Assembly: GCA_963845515.1 (NCBI GenBank)
Contig: CAWJSR010000022.1
Location: forward strand, 13,900-77,899
DNA: 64,000 nucleotides
Origin: an uncultured delta proteobacterium
GTDB lineage: Bacteria; Myxococcota; Myxococcia; Myxococcales; Anaeromyxobacteraceae
Direction: 5' to 3'
The notes under the pieces are model-generated. The model did not search any database, was not told the origin of the DNA, and saw nothing but the letters and a program-made list of their open reading frames with translations. Shown piece after piece: positions 22,081 through 34,560 of the stretch; position 1 is the first letter of the stretch; every line of letters starts with the position of its first letter. Position numbers and translations under genes: made by a program.

Positions 22081-23237
22081 CGACCCCGACCGCCTCGCGG
22101 ACGATGGCCGCGTAGGTCTCGGCGAAGGCGCGGCGGCGGGACGGGAGACGGCCCGCCGCCGCCTCGGCCGCAGCGCGCTCCGCCGCCGGATCGAAGCGCT
22201 CCCACGCGCTCGAGATCAGCTCCGCCAGCGCCTCGGCGCTGTCCGGATCGAAGAAGGTGCCCCGCTCGGGGGCCTGCTCGCGGTGGACGTCGATGTCCGA
22301 CAGGAGGATCGCCTTCCCGAGCGACTTCGCCTCCTCCACCGAGGTGCTCCACCCCTCGAAGCGCGACGGGTTGATCATCGCCACGGCGCCGCGCTCCAGA
22401 CTGGCCAGGTCGGCGTAGGGGACGACCCCGAGGCACTGGAACTGGTCCTCGACCCCGAGCCTCGTCGCGCAGCTTCATCAGCTCGCCGAAGAAGCCGGGC
22501 TGCCGGTAGTCCCCGGGGTTGCCGGTCGCGAGGACCCGCACCTTGCGCCCGCGCCCCGCGAGGATCTTCAGGGCCCGCAGGATCACCGCGTGGTTCTTGT
22601 GCGCCCAGAACTGGTTGGGGACCAGCAGGTAGCGCCCGTGGAAGCCGTACCGGGCGGCCAGCGCCTCCGCGTCGACCGTCGCCGCCTCGGCGGCCGACGC
22701 ATCGACGAAGCGCAGGACCCGCACCTTCCCGGCTGAGGACGGGAAGAACGCCTCCAGGTCGCGCCTCGCGCACTCGCTGCTCGCCACGATCAGCGTGGAG
22801 TTGCGGCAGGAGCGCTCGAAGGTGCGGTCGCGGTTGGCGATGGAGGACGCGTCGAAGAGCTGGGGCAGCCGGCGGTGCTGCACGTCGGCGAGCCAGGAGA
22901 CGACCGGCACGTGGAGCGGGCCGCGCAGCGGCTCCGAGTGGGAGAGCGCGTCGATCCCGTGCTTCCGCAGCAGCCGCTCGAGGAGCACGTCCCGGCCCGC
23001 CACCTCGCGCACGGCGCGCCGGACCCGCCCCGGCACCGAGGAGCGGTCGAAGATCCCCGAGGCGATCCGCTCGGTCCCCGGCGCCTCCAGCAACCCCGCG
23101 CGCCCGCGCGGGTCGAGGACCACCGGCTCGATGCCGACCCGTTCCCGGACGACCGTCGCGATCAGGTTCCGGACGTAGTTGAGCCCGCCAAGCCAGCTCG
23201 ACCAGGACGCCGGGACGGCGAAGCCGACCCGGATCAT
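22055..23237 (-). CDS. Glycosyltransferase family 4 (frameshifts near 22460 and 22395)
   Basis: WLGGLNY, DVQHRRLP, PNQFWAHKNH and NPSRFEGWSTSVEEAKSLGK (E-x7-E). Confidence 0.88.
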
Positions 23238-24158
23238 CCCGCCAGCTCGCCCGCGAAGAGCTTCTCCGACGAGGTGCTCGCGCCCCGTCGTCACGTCCAC
23301 GAGCGGGAGGTCGCGCAGCAGCGCCAGCTTCTCGGCGCGGCCGCGCAGGAACGAGAGCGAGCCGTCCGCGCTGCGCGACTCGCAGAACCGGCTCGCGACG
23401 AAGGCCGCGGCCGCGGCCAGCGGCTGCAGCGGCCCGAGCAGGTCGGCGCGCACGAAGAAGGCGTTGTTCCCGGCGCTGTTGCAGCCGACCAGCCGGTACC
23501 CCTTGCGCTCGGCGAGGGCGGTGAGGGCCGGCAGCGACGCGCCATAGTAGAGGTTGGAGAAGTGGGCCGCGCTCCTGGTGAAGTCGGCCTTGTAGGGGAC
23601 CGACAGCGCCTTCTCGGCCCCGAAGAGCGCGTTGTACTCGACGATCAGGATGGCCGGGCTCACCGCCTGGATCGCCTCTAGCACCCAGTAGTCGTTCCCG
23701 TCGATGTCCACCGACAGGAGGCCGATGTCGCCGCGGGCCCCCGACGCCGTGAGCAGCCCGTCGATGTTCTCCCGCGTGATGAAGGCCTGGACGGTCCGCA
23801 GATCGTGCCGCCAGGTGAGCCCCATCCGGGCGGTGAACTCGTGGTGGGCGGCCCCGCCGTCGATGATGATCCCGCGCCAGTTGTCGTTGACGAGCAGGAA
23901 GCGGGTGTTCGCCTCCGCGTAGCTCTCGACGCCGAACTCGACGAAGAGCTCGTTCGCGACGGGCACCTTCCCGAGGAGGTACTGGATGATCCCATCCTCG
24001 CCCCACTGCGAGAAGACCTTGAACTCGGCGGCGCGCAGCGGGCCGGGCGGGAGGGCCCGGGCGCGGTGCGCGTGGAGCCGTCCGACCTCGGCGCGCAGCT
24101 GCTCGAAAGCCTTGGAGTCCACGCCGTGGTCGCGGCGTCGCGTCTTGAGGAAGCTCAT
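23234..24158 (-). CDS. FkbM-like methyltransferase-fold protein of polysaccharide loci
   Basis: FSQWGEDGII, FVEFGV, SVDIDGNDYW, YGASL and GNNAFFVR. An extra base near 23257 makes it read through into the GT4 gene, and the inferred stop is TGA at 23236-23234. Confidence 0.75.
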
Positions 24159-25132
24159 GATCTCGGTCTCCCGGCGTCGCGCCGCAGGGCGCTCACGGTG
24201 AGGCGCTTGAGGAAGCGGGGAAGCGCCTTCAGGTACTCGGCGTCCGCGGCGTAGCTGCTCGCCGCCGCGAGGGTGCTCCAATACCCGATCCGCGGGAGGT
24301 AGAGCGACTCGAGGCGACCGAGGTACTGCCGCGCGAGCATCCGGCGGACGCCGCGGAGCAGCTCCCCGCGCGGCGCGGGCGCGAGCGTGGCGAGCGCCCT
24401 CCGCGCGACCGGATCGCCTTCGAGGTGGCGCCGGAACTCCGCGGCGGAGAGCGCGAGCCGCTCCGGCGCGAGGCTCATCCCGTAGCTGGTGGCGTAGACG
24501 CGGTAGCGGAAGAGCGCCTCGCGGCCGAAGGCGACGCTCCCGGCCGTCGCGGCGACGATGAGCGGCGCGTTCTCCGCGTTGGCGCCGTCGGCGAACTCGG
24601 CGAAGCCGCCGGCGGCCCGCAGCGAGGCCGTGCGCCAGAAGCCGGAGATGAAGCTCGGGGACCAGGCCGGGGTCCGGCGCCAGAGCCAGTCGAGGACGAA
24701 CCGGACCCCCTCGCACTCCTCCCACTCCGGCACCGGGAGCGAGCCGGTCGTCGTGCCTCGCTCGTCCATCGTCTCCGCGCGGGGGAGCGCCATCACCGCC
24801 GAAGGGTGGCGCTCCATCGCGGTGGCGAGCACCTCTGCGAAGTCGGGCGAGATCAGGTCGTCGTCGGAGACGACGACGAAGTAGTCGCCGCGCGCCTCGG
24901 CCAGGCACTGGTTGAAGTGGACGGCCATCGGTACGGTGGCGGCGTTCCGGCGGTACCGGAGCCGCGGATCCCGCAGCGCGTCCACGACCCGCACCGTCTC
25001 CGGGTCGGACCCGTTGTCGGAGAGGATCACCTCCAGCGACGGCCACCCCTGCGCGAGGACGCTCGCGAGCGTCTCGCGGAGCATCTTCGGGCGGGAGACG
25101 GTCGGGACGACCACGGTGACGAGGGCGCTCAC
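24155..25132 (-). CDS. Glycosyltransferase family 2
   Basis: GTG start, VTVVVPT, ILSDNGS, ARGDYFVVVSDDD and FRYRV. Confidence 0.9.
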   Translation of the reverse strand: MSALVTVVVPTVSRPKMLRETLASVLAQGWPSLEVILSDNGSDPETVRVVDALRDPRLRYRRNAATVPMAVHFNQCLAEARGDYFVVVSDDDLISPDFAEVLATAMERHPSAVMALPRAETMDERGTTTGSLPVPEWEECEGVRFVLDWLWRRTPAWSPSFISGFWRTASLRAAGGFAEFADGANAENAPLIVAATAGSVAFGREALFRYRVYATSYGMSLAPERLALSAAEFRRHLEGDPVARRALATLAPAPRGELLRGVRRMLARQYLGRLESLYLPRIGYWSTLAAASSYAADAEYLKALPRFLKRLTVSALRRDAGRPRS

Positions 25133-26068
25133 GGCTCGCCTCGCTGCGAGCGCTCGAGGAACCACCCGCAGTACTCGGCGATCCCGTCGGCCCAGCGGAC
25201 CTGCGGGCTCCAGCCCCACGCGCGCGCGCGCGCGGGATCGGCCACCAACCGCTCCGGGTCGCCGGCGCGGACCTGGCCGTTGAAGACGGGCGCGGCGGCG
25301 CCGAGCCTCCGGGCGATGAGCCCGACCACCTCGTCGACCGTCGCCGCCTCCCCCGTGCCGCCGTTGACCACAGGGCAGTCGGTCGCGGCGTGCGCCGCTG
25401 CGACCTCGAGCAGGGCCGCGGCGTCGCGCACGTGGACCCAGTCCCGCGCCTCGCGCCCCGTGCCGCCGAACCCCGTCTCGCCGCGCGACAGCTTGTTGCA
25501 CCCGTCCCAGAGCAGCTGCTTCCGCAGCAGGGGCCCGTAGACGGAGAAGAGCCGCACGATGGCGCAGCGGAGGCCGAAGCTCCTCGCCTGGAGGCGGCAG
25601 AGCTCCTCCGCCATCAGCTTGTGCGTGGCGTAGATCGACTCCGGCTGCGCGGCCCGCTCCTCGCGGACGGGCCGGGGGCCGGTGTCCCCGTAGACGCCCG
25701 CGCTCGAGACCAGGACGACCGACGGGGCGTGGCGCGCGGACCGGGCCCACTCGAGCAGGGCGGCCGTCGACGACACCGAGCGCTCGAAAGTCCTCGTGCG
25801 GGCTCTCGAGGGCGAAGCGGACCGACGCCCCGCCGGCGCAGTGGAAGACCGTGTCAGGCTCGCCGGCGGTGACGAGCGAGCCCAGGTCGACGCGACCGGG
25901 GATCCAGCGAGAGAGCCCCCACGCCTCCCACTCTTCTCGGGGCCAGTCGCCGTACCCGACCCCGGTCACGGCCCAGCCGCCGGAGGCCAGCCGGCGCGAG
26001 AGGTGCCGGCCGATGAAGCCATGGGCCCCCGTCACCAGGGCACGACGCTGGGTCACCGCAGGCTCCAC
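25129..26068 (-). CDS. NAD-dependent sugar epimerase/reductase (frameshift near 25787)
   Basis: LVTGAHGFIG and FHCAGG, then SSAGVYG, YATHK, RLFSVYG and GTGREARDW. Confidence 0.87.
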
Positions 26069-26113
26069 GAGTGGGGCCTTTCTAGCGGGCTCCGTGAAAC
26101 GGGGTCAAGCGGC

Positions 26114-27085
26114 TCACCTCTTCAGCCCGACTGCGCGACGGAAAGCGTCCCAGCGCCGCTTGAACCGCCGGCTGAGCCGCTGCTCCTTCTGGTACCAGCT
26201 TCGCACGCGCTCGAGGCCGCTGCCGTTGTCGAACTGGATCCTGTCTCCCTCGGCGTCCCAGGCGACGGAGCGGGGATGCCGGAGGAGTCCGATGTCCTCG
26301 GTCGGAAGGTTGGCCCGGCCCAAGGGGTCCTGGCGGGTATGGGTCGCCTCCGCCCCGAAGCCGATGTTGGAGACCAGGTTCACGCCGGGGATCGCGGTGA
26401 GCCCGCCGCCCGCCATGCAGGCGTACATCCACTGATAGTCCCAGATGCTGAGCGTCCCCTCCACACGCAGCTTCTCGAAGATGGCTCGGAAGTACGCGGC
26501 GACCGCCGGGTCCGGGAAGAGCCGCTCGAGCCCGCCGTCGTCGCGGAACGCGGGCCAGGTGGTCATCTCCCCGTCGTACTGCCTCCAGGCACGGCGCCAG
26601 CTCGCCCATCCCCAGGTCGTCGCGAAGCGCGAGAAGTAGTAGGACGCGTCCCCCTTCCAGGCTCCGCGTAGGAAGCTCGCGCCGGCGATCATCCAGACGT
26701 CGGGTGTGTCGCGGTAGCGCGCGAGCAGGTCGTCGCAGTACCGGAAGAAGGACGGGTGGGGCAGGCAGTCGTCCTCGAGGATGATCGCCTCCTCCACCTG
26801 CCCGAACGCCCAGTCGATCCCGCTCACCGGGCGCCGCCGGCAGCCCAGGTTGACGTCGGAGAAGTTGCGCAGGACCTCGCAAGGCCAGTCGACGCGGTCG
26901 ACGATGGCACGCGTCCGCTCGCAGGCCTCGCGCTCGGCCTCGTCGCGCGCACCATCCGCCACGAGGAGCAGCTTCGGAGGGCGGGCGGCGCGGATCTGCT
27001 CGAAGACCCTCGCCGTCGTGTCGGCCCGCTTGAAGAGGATCAGGACGACCGGCGACTTGCAGCGGTAGGGCGCTTCGGTGCTCAT
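26114..27085 (-). CDS. GT-A-fold nucleotide-diphospho-sugar transferase (HlpA-like)
   Basis: ILFKR, VADG, NLGC, IILEDDCLP, WGWASWRRAW, WDYQW and NLVSNIGFG. Confidence 0.85.
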   Translation of the reverse strand: MSTEAPYRCKSPVVLILFKRADTTARVFEQIRAARPPKLLLVADGARDEAEREACERTRAIVDRVDWPCEVLRNFSDVNLGCRRRPVSGIDWAFGQVEEAIILEDDCLPHPSFFRYCDDLLARYRDTPDVWMIAGASFLRGAWKGDASYYFSRFATTWGWASWRRAWRQYDGEMTTWPAFRDDGGLERLFPDPAVAAYFRAIFEKLRVEGTLSIWDYQWMYACMAGGGLTAIPGVNLVSNIGFGAEATHTRQDPLGRANLPTEDIGLLRHPRSVAWDAEGDRIQFDNGSGLERVRSWYQKEQRLSRRFKRRWDAFRRAVGLKR

Positions 27086-27178
27086 GGCCGGCGGAAGATC
27101 GCATGTCCCATCCGCGTCATCAAGGTCGCCAGCTCCCGCGGATGGCCGCCTCGTCTGTGCTACTTTTCCGCCCGCCAT

Positions 27179-28696
27179 ATGACCTCCCTCACCGTCCTCG
27201 TCCCCGTCTACAACGAGCAGCACCTCGTCGCGACCTCGCTCGCCCGCCTGGAGGTGCTGGAGACCAGCCCCCATCTGGAGCGGATCCAGGTGATCGTCGT
27301 CGACGACTCGTCGAAGGACCGCAGCCCCCAGGTCCTGGCCGCCTTCGCGGCCGAGCGCGGCATCGCCCTCGCGCCCCCTTCGCCCCACGCGCCGCGCGGG
27401 TCCTCCGCCGAGCTGCCCCCGGCCGTCGAGCGGGGACGCGGCCGGAAGGGGAAGATCGACTGGCTCTTCCTGCGCCACGCGCGGAACGGCGGCAAGGGGG
27501 CGGCGATCCGGACCGGCCTCGCGCGCGCCGACGCCGCCATCACCATCTTCCACGACGCGGATCTCGAGTATCACCCGAAGGACATCGCGAGGATCGTCGC
27601 GGTCTTCGTGGAGGACGAGGCGGACGCGGTCTTCGGCTCGCGCTTCGCCGGCGGCGCCGCCCGGCGCGCGCTCCTCTTCCGCCACGAGCTTGGAAACAGG
27701 CTCCTCACGTTCCTCACGAACCTCGTGACCAACGTGAACCTCACGGACATGGAGACCTGCTACAAGGCCGTCCGCACGGACCTCCTCAAGTCGCTCCCGA
27801 TCGTCTCCAACGACTTCCGGCTCGAGCCCGAGCTGACGATCAAGCTCGCGAAGCGCGAGGCGCGGATCTTCGAGGTCCCCATCAGCTACTCGGGGCGGAC
27901 CTACCAGGAGGGGAAGAAGATCGGCCTCAAGGACGGCTTCCTCGCGCTGGGCGCCATCGTCCGCTTCTGGCTCTCCGACCAGCTCTTCACGAAGGACGAG
28001 TACGGCTCCGAGATCCTCGGCCGGCTCGCGCGCGCGCCCCGCTTCAACGCGTGGATGGCGGACGTCATCCGGCCGCTCTGCGGCCAGCGGGTCCTGGAGA
28101 TCGGCAGCGGCACCGGCAACCTGACCCGGCAGCTCGTGCCGCGCGACCGCTACGTCGCCTCGGACATCAACCCGCTCTACGTGGCCTCGCTCGCCAGCCT
28201 CACGTCGGACCGTCCCTACCTCGACGTCCAGTTCACCGACGTGACCCGCAAGGAGACCTTCCCGAGGACCGGGGCCGACTTCGACACCGTCATCTGCCTG
28301 AACGTCCTCGAGCACGTCGAGGACGACCAGGGCTCGCTGGAGAACATCCGCGCGGTCCTGCGGCCCGGCGGCCACGCCCTCATCCTCGTCCCGCGCGGCC
28401 CCGGCCTCCTCGGCACGCTCGACGAGGTGCTCGGCCACCGCCGGCGCTACACCCCGGAGTCGCTGAGGGCGGTCGCTGCGGCGGCCGGCTTCGACGTGAA
28501 GGAGATCCACACCTTCAACCGGATCGGGACGCCAGCCTGGTGGCTCAACGGCAAGATGCTGCGCCGGCGCAGCTTCGGCCTCTTCCAGATCTGGATGCTC
28601 AACCTGCTCACGCCGCTCTTCCGCCGCGTCGACCGGTTCCTCCCGTTCCCGCCGCTGTCGCTGATCGCGGTCCTCGAGCCGCGGCGCCAGCCGTGA
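27179..28696 (+). CDS. Bifunctional DPM1-like GT2 / class I SAM methyltransferase
   Basis: VPVYNE, VDDSSKD, GKGAA, DADLEY and DMETCYK, then VLEIGSGTG and CLNVLEHVEDD. Confidence 0.9.
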   Translation: MTSLTVLVPVYNEQHLVATSLARLEVLETSPHLERIQVIVVDDSSKDRSPQVLAAFAAERGIALAPPSPHAPRGSSAELPPAVERGRGRKGKIDWLFLRHARNGGKGAAIRTGLARADAAITIFHDADLEYHPKDIARIVAVFVEDEADAVFGSRFAGGAARRALLFRHELGNRLLTFLTNLVTNVNLTDMETCYKAVRTDLLKSLPIVSNDFRLEPELTIKLAKREARIFEVPISYSGRTYQEGKKIGLKDGFLALGAIVRFWLSDQLFTKDEYGSEILGRLARAPRFNAWMADVIRPLCGQRVLEIGSGTGNLTRQLVPRDRYVASDINPLYVASLASLTSDRPYLDVQFTDVTRKETFPRTGADFDTVICLNVLEHVEDDQGSLENIRAVLRPGGHALILVPRGPGLLGTLDEVLGHRRRYTPESLRAVAAAAGFDVKEIHTFNRIGTPAWWLNGKMLRRRSFGLFQIWMLNLLTPLFRRVDRFLPFPPLSLIAVLEPRRQP

Positions 28697-28730
28697 TTTC
28701 GCAGTCACCCGTCAGGGTGAGGAGGCCAGG

Positions 28731-30038
28731 ATGAAGATCGCAGTCATCGGCACCGGCTACGTCGGCCTCGTCACCGGCACCTGCTTCGCGGAGTCCGGCC
28801 ACCGCGTCACCTGCGTCGACCTCGACCCGAAGAAGATCGAGCTGCTCCGCGGCGGCGGCATCCCCATCTACGAGCCGGGGCTGGAGGAGCTGGTCCGGCG
28901 GAACGCGAAGGAGGGGCGGCTCGCCTTCACCACCTCCACCGCCGAGGCGATGAAGGGGACCGAGGTCGCGTTCATCGCGGTGGGCACGCCGCCGGGCGAG
29001 CACGGCGACGCGGATCTCACCTACGTCCTCGCCGCCGCCGAGCAGATCGCCCGCGCCATCGAGCCGGGGCGCTACACCGTGGTGGTCAACAAGAGCACCG
29101 TGCCGGTCGGGAGCGCCGAGCAGGTCGCCGCGGCGGTCGAGCAGGCCAACCCCGCCGCCACCTTCGACGTCGTCTCCAACCCCGAGTTCCTCAAGGAGGG
29201 GGCGGCGATCGACGACTTCATGCGGCCCGACCGCGTCGTCGTCGGCTGCGCCTCCGACCGCGCGCAGGCGGTGATGACCGAGCTCTACGCGCCCTTCGTC
29301 CGGGCCGAGCAGCCGGTCCTCTTCATGGACCTGCGCTCCGCCGAGCTGACGAAGTACGCGGCCAACGCGATGCTCGCGACCCGCATCTCCTTCATGAACG
29401 AGGTCGCGGCCCTCTGCGACAAGCTCGGCGCGGACGTCGACAACGTCCGGCGCGGCGTCGGCTCCGACAAGCGGATCGGCCAGCCGTTCCTCTTCCCAGG
29501 CATCGGCTTCGGTGGGAGCTGTTTTCCCAAGGATGTTCGGGCACTCATGACCACCGCCCGCCACCTCGGGCTCGACTTCGACCTGCTCCGCGCCGTCGAG
29601 CGCGTGAACGAGCGGCAGAAGCGGTCGCTGGTCGAGAAGGCGATGAAGCGGTTCGGCTCGCTCTCGGGCAAGACCTTCGGCGTCTGGGGGCTCGCGTTCA
29701 AGCCCCGCACCGACGACATGCGCGAGGCCCCGGCCCTCGCGGTCATCGAGGGGCTCGTCGGGAACGGCGCGAAGGTCCGCGCCTTCGACCCGGTCGCGCG
29801 CGAGGTGGCCTCTGGGATCTTCAGGGGGCGGGTGGAGCTGGTGGAGGAGCCCTACGAGGCCGCCGCCGGGACCGACGCGCTCTTCCTCGTCACCGAGTGG
29901 AGCGAGTTCAGGCAGCCCGACTTCGAGAAGCTGGCCGCGCGGATGAAGGGGCGCGTCCTCTTCGACGGCCGGAACATCTGGGACGCGAAGAAGGCCAGGG
30001 CGGCCGGCTTCGAGTACTTCGGCATCGGCCGGCGCTAA
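28731..30038 (+). CDS. ugd: UDP-glucose 6-dehydrogenase
   Basis: IGTGYVGL, KSTVPVG, SNPEFLKEG, GFGGSCFPKD and GLAFKP.TDDMRE. Confidence 0.95.
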   Translation: MKIAVIGTGYVGLVTGTCFAESGHRVTCVDLDPKKIELLRGGGIPIYEPGLEELVRRNAKEGRLAFTTSTAEAMKGTEVAFIAVGTPPGEHGDADLTYVLAAAEQIARAIEPGRYTVVVNKSTVPVGSAEQVAAAVEQANPAATFDVVSNPEFLKEGAAIDDFMRPDRVVVGCASDRAQAVMTELYAPFVRAEQPVLFMDLRSAELTKYAANAMLATRISFMNEVAALCDKLGADVDNVRRGVGSDKRIGQPFLFPGIGFGGSCFPKDVRALMTTARHLGLDFDLLRAVERVNERQKRSLVEKAMKRFGSLSGKTFGVWGLAFKPRTDDMREAPALAVIEGLVGNGAKVRAFDPVAREVASGIFRGRVELVEEPYEAAAGTDALFLVTEWSEFRQPDFEKLAARMKGRVLFDGRNIWDAKKARAAGFEYFGIGRR

Positions 30039-30058
30039 GTGCGGCCGGTCGAGCTGGC

Positions 30059-30754
30059 CTAGGCGTCCGGCGTCCGCCCGCGCGAGAGCACGAGCAGCAC
30101 CGAGGCGACCTCGGACTTCACGATCTCCAGCCGCTTCGCGACGTCGACCGCCTCGAGGATCCGCTGGCGCCCCGAGGGGTCGCCGACTGCCGCGGCCGCG
30201 ACGATGTCGGCGACCGCGCCCGGCAGCTTGAGGTGGGCGACCGCGTGGGCGAGCTGGCCGACCCCGGACTCCTCCGGCAGGACGCCGACCAGATCCAGGA
30301 TCAGCTGTCCGAGCGCCTCGACCTCGTCCGAGAGCACGCCCGGGCCGCCGGGCGGGTAGACGTCGTCCAGGACCTCGGACTGGAACTCACGGTAGGGCTT
30401 CGCGTGCTCCAGCTCCTTCACGAGCCGGACGCGGGCGATGCCGCGAACCAGGATGTCGTAGCGACCGTCCGGGTAGGCCTGCTCCGCCTCGATCCGGACC
30501 GCGCCAGCGATCGGGTGGACCTCGGCACGCTCCTGCTGCGCCGCCTCCTCGGAGACGAGCATCGGGATGGCGAGGATCCGGTCGGTCGCGAGCGCCTCGC
30601 CGATGAGCGCGCGGTAGCGCGGCTCGTAGATGCGGAGCGGGAGCGGCGCGCCCGGGAAGAGGGTCACGCCGGGGAGCGGCAAGATCTTGAGGGCGGCGCT
30701 CGCGCTCGCAAGCGCCGCCCCAGGATCCAGTGTCGGAGCCCTGCGCTCCGCCAT
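30059..30754 (-). CDS. Stand-alone Lon N-terminal (substrate-binding) domain protein
   Basis: ILPLPGVTLFPGAPLPLRIYEPRYRAL and DGRYDILVRG..R. Confidence 0.88.
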   Translation of the reverse strand: MAERRAPTLDPGAALASASAALKILPLPGVTLFPGAPLPLRIYEPRYRALIGEALATDRILAIPMLVSEEAAQQERAEVHPIAGAVRIEAEQAYPDGRYDILVRGIARVRLVKELEHAKPYREFQSEVLDDVYPPGGPGVLSDEVEALGQLILDLVGVLPEESGVGQLAHAVAHLKLPGAVADIVAAAAVGDPSGRQRILEAVDVAKRLEIVKSEVASVLLVLSRGRTPDA

Positions 30755-30760
30755 CCTCGG

Positions 30761-33175
<2,415 letters not shown>

Positions 33176-33226
33176 GACGTGGACACTTCCCTTCGCAGCG
33201 AGTGCGAAGCGCTATTAGAAAGACGA

Positions 33227-33252
33227 GGCGCGGCGCAGAGTTGCGCCGCGCC
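33227..33252 (-). terminator. 11-bp GC hairpin in the hppA leader followed by a weak U-rich tract
   Basis: GGCGCGGCGCA-N4-TGCGCCGCGCC followed by TCGTCTTTCT on the minus strand. Confidence 0.4.
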
Positions 33253-33272
33253 GACGGTCAAAGGGCGGGCGC

Positions 33273-33302
33273 ATACTACAGATCCGAAAAGGGATTTGGC
33301 AA
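33273..33302 (-). promoter_or_regulatory. Putative hppA promoter TTGCCA-N18-TAGTAT
   Basis: -35 at 33302-33297 and -10 at 33278-33273 in an AT-rich patch. Confidence 0.5.
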
Positions 33303-33322
33303 GTACGCATTCCTCTGCCCCT

Positions 33323-33362
33323 CCCTCTCCCCAACCAGGGGGAGAGGGTCAGGGTGAGGGGG
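33323..33362. repeat. REP-like palindromic repeat (CCCTCTCCC..GGGAGAGGG..GGGTGAGGG)
   Basis: Hairpin plus GGGTGAGGG tail just after the aglS-like stop. Related copies are at 34519 and 51564. Confidence 0.75.
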
Positions 33363-33370
33363 CGGAGAAG

Positions 33371-33955
33371 CTACCCGCCTTCCTTCGTACCCGGTCCCGA
33401 CGTGGCCGCGAGGCCGCCGGCGTCGAGCGCAGCGAAGTTCAGGTTGAAGTAGCCCGCCACGCCGCAGCTGTACATCACGCGCTTGACGATCCGGAACGGC
33501 ACCTTGGTGTCGGCCTGGATGTTCACGATCCCGTCCCACTTCTGGCTCGAGTCGGACTGGTGGATGAACTCCCACCGCTTCTTCTCGTCGCGCAGCCGCT
33601 CCTCGAGCGCCGGGATGTTCAGGTAGCCGGAGTCGCGGTCGAGGTCGGCGACGTCGGCCACCTTCTGGCCGGTCACCACGATCTGGTTCGCGCTCACCGC
33701 CACCACCGGCGCCAGCTCGATCATCTGGCCGTGCGACGCGTTCGGCAGCTTGATGTCCTTCTGCATGTAGAGGACTTCGCCGGTGGACGAGAACTGGTTG
33801 AGCAGGAAGATGACGAGCATCGTCATCATGTCGACCATCGGCACGACGTTCAGCTCGGCGTTCGTGGCCTTGTGGCCGCCGCCCATCTTGCCGCCGAGGA
33901 TCTTCGACTTCTCGAACCGCTTGGCGGGGCGCTTCCCGGGCTGGACGATTGCCAT
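33371..33955 (-). CDS. aglS: ExbD/TolR-family protein, AglS-like
   Basis: MAIVQPGKR.. N-terminus and TM LNVVPMVDMMTMLVIFLL with the conserved Asp. Third gene of a TolQ-TolR-TolR trio, with orthology from recall. Confidence 0.75.
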   Translation of the reverse strand: MAIVQPGKRPAKRFEKSKILGGKMGGGHKATNAELNVVPMVDMMTMLVIFLLNQFSSTGEVLYMQKDIKLPNASHGQMIELAPVVAVSANQIVVTGQKVADVADLDRDSGYLNIPALEERLRDEKKRWEFIHQSDSSQKWDGIVNIQADTKVPFRIVKRVMYSCGVAGYFNLNFAALDAGGLAATSGPGTKEGG

Positions 33956-33968
33956 TGTTCCTCCCCGC

Positions 33969-34460
33969 CTAGACGCCGCTCACGGCGACCGACACGAGCC
34001 CCACGGCGAGGCACGCGTCGATGACCGACACCAGGTCGCCGTACGCGACGGTGTCCTCGGCCTGCACGGTGATGGCCGACTGGTCGGGATAGTCGTTCTT
34101 GAGCTGCTTGAGCCGGTCGCCCAGCCCCTTGAGGTCGAACTGGGTCGACCCCTCGGACGTCCGGCCGAGCGATGGAACCTCGAAGGTCGTCCCCGCGGAG
34201 GTGGAGAGGTTGAAGCCCCTCTCCCCCATGGCGAGCGTCACGATCAGCGCCTTCTGCTCCAGCTGCGTCGGTTCGGGGGCTCCGGACCCGAGCTGCTGGA
34301 CCTGGAGCCGCGAGATCTGGGTCCAGACCGCCGCGTAGAGGAGGAAGGTGATCAGACAGGAGAGGAGGTCGATCGCCGGGACGACGTTGATGGTCGCGTC
34401 GAGCGATTTCTTCTTCTTCTTCCCGCCGCCGCCCTGCTCGGGCATTGCGCCGCCGCCCAT
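33969..34460 (-). CDS. aglQ: ExbD/TolR-family protein, AglQ-like
   Basis: KKSLDATINVVPAIDLLSCLITFLLYAAVWTQISRLQV and AEDTVAYGDLVSVID. Confidence 0.75.
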   Translation of the reverse strand: MGGGAMPEQGGGGKKKKKSLDATINVVPAIDLLSCLITFLLYAAVWTQISRLQVQQLGSGAPEPTQLEQKALIVTLAMGERGFNLSTSAGTTFEVPSLGRTSEGSTQFDLKGLGDRLKQLKNDYPDQSAITVQAEDTVAYGDLVSVIDACLAVGLVSVAVSGV

Positions 34461-34518
34461 CAGCTACCTCCTTCCCGTCGAGGTGAAGAATCGCCCCCTG
34501 ACTCGACCCGCTCCCAGG

Positions 34519-34551
34519 CCCCCGCGGGGGAGGAGGGAGGGGTGAGGGGGG
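34519..34551. repeat. Degenerate REP-like repeat
   Basis: CCCCC-GC-GGGGG...GGGGTGAGGGGG directly after the aglR-like stop. Confidence 0.55.
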
Positions 34552-34560
34552 ATCGGAGGA

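Noticed and set aside
20094..25046. 1650-aa giant ORF apparently fusing methyltransferase, GT4 and RfbG parts
   Set aside because: It is a chimera of separate genes joined by indels and stop-poor high-GC frames. Each gene has its own start overlapping the previous stop.
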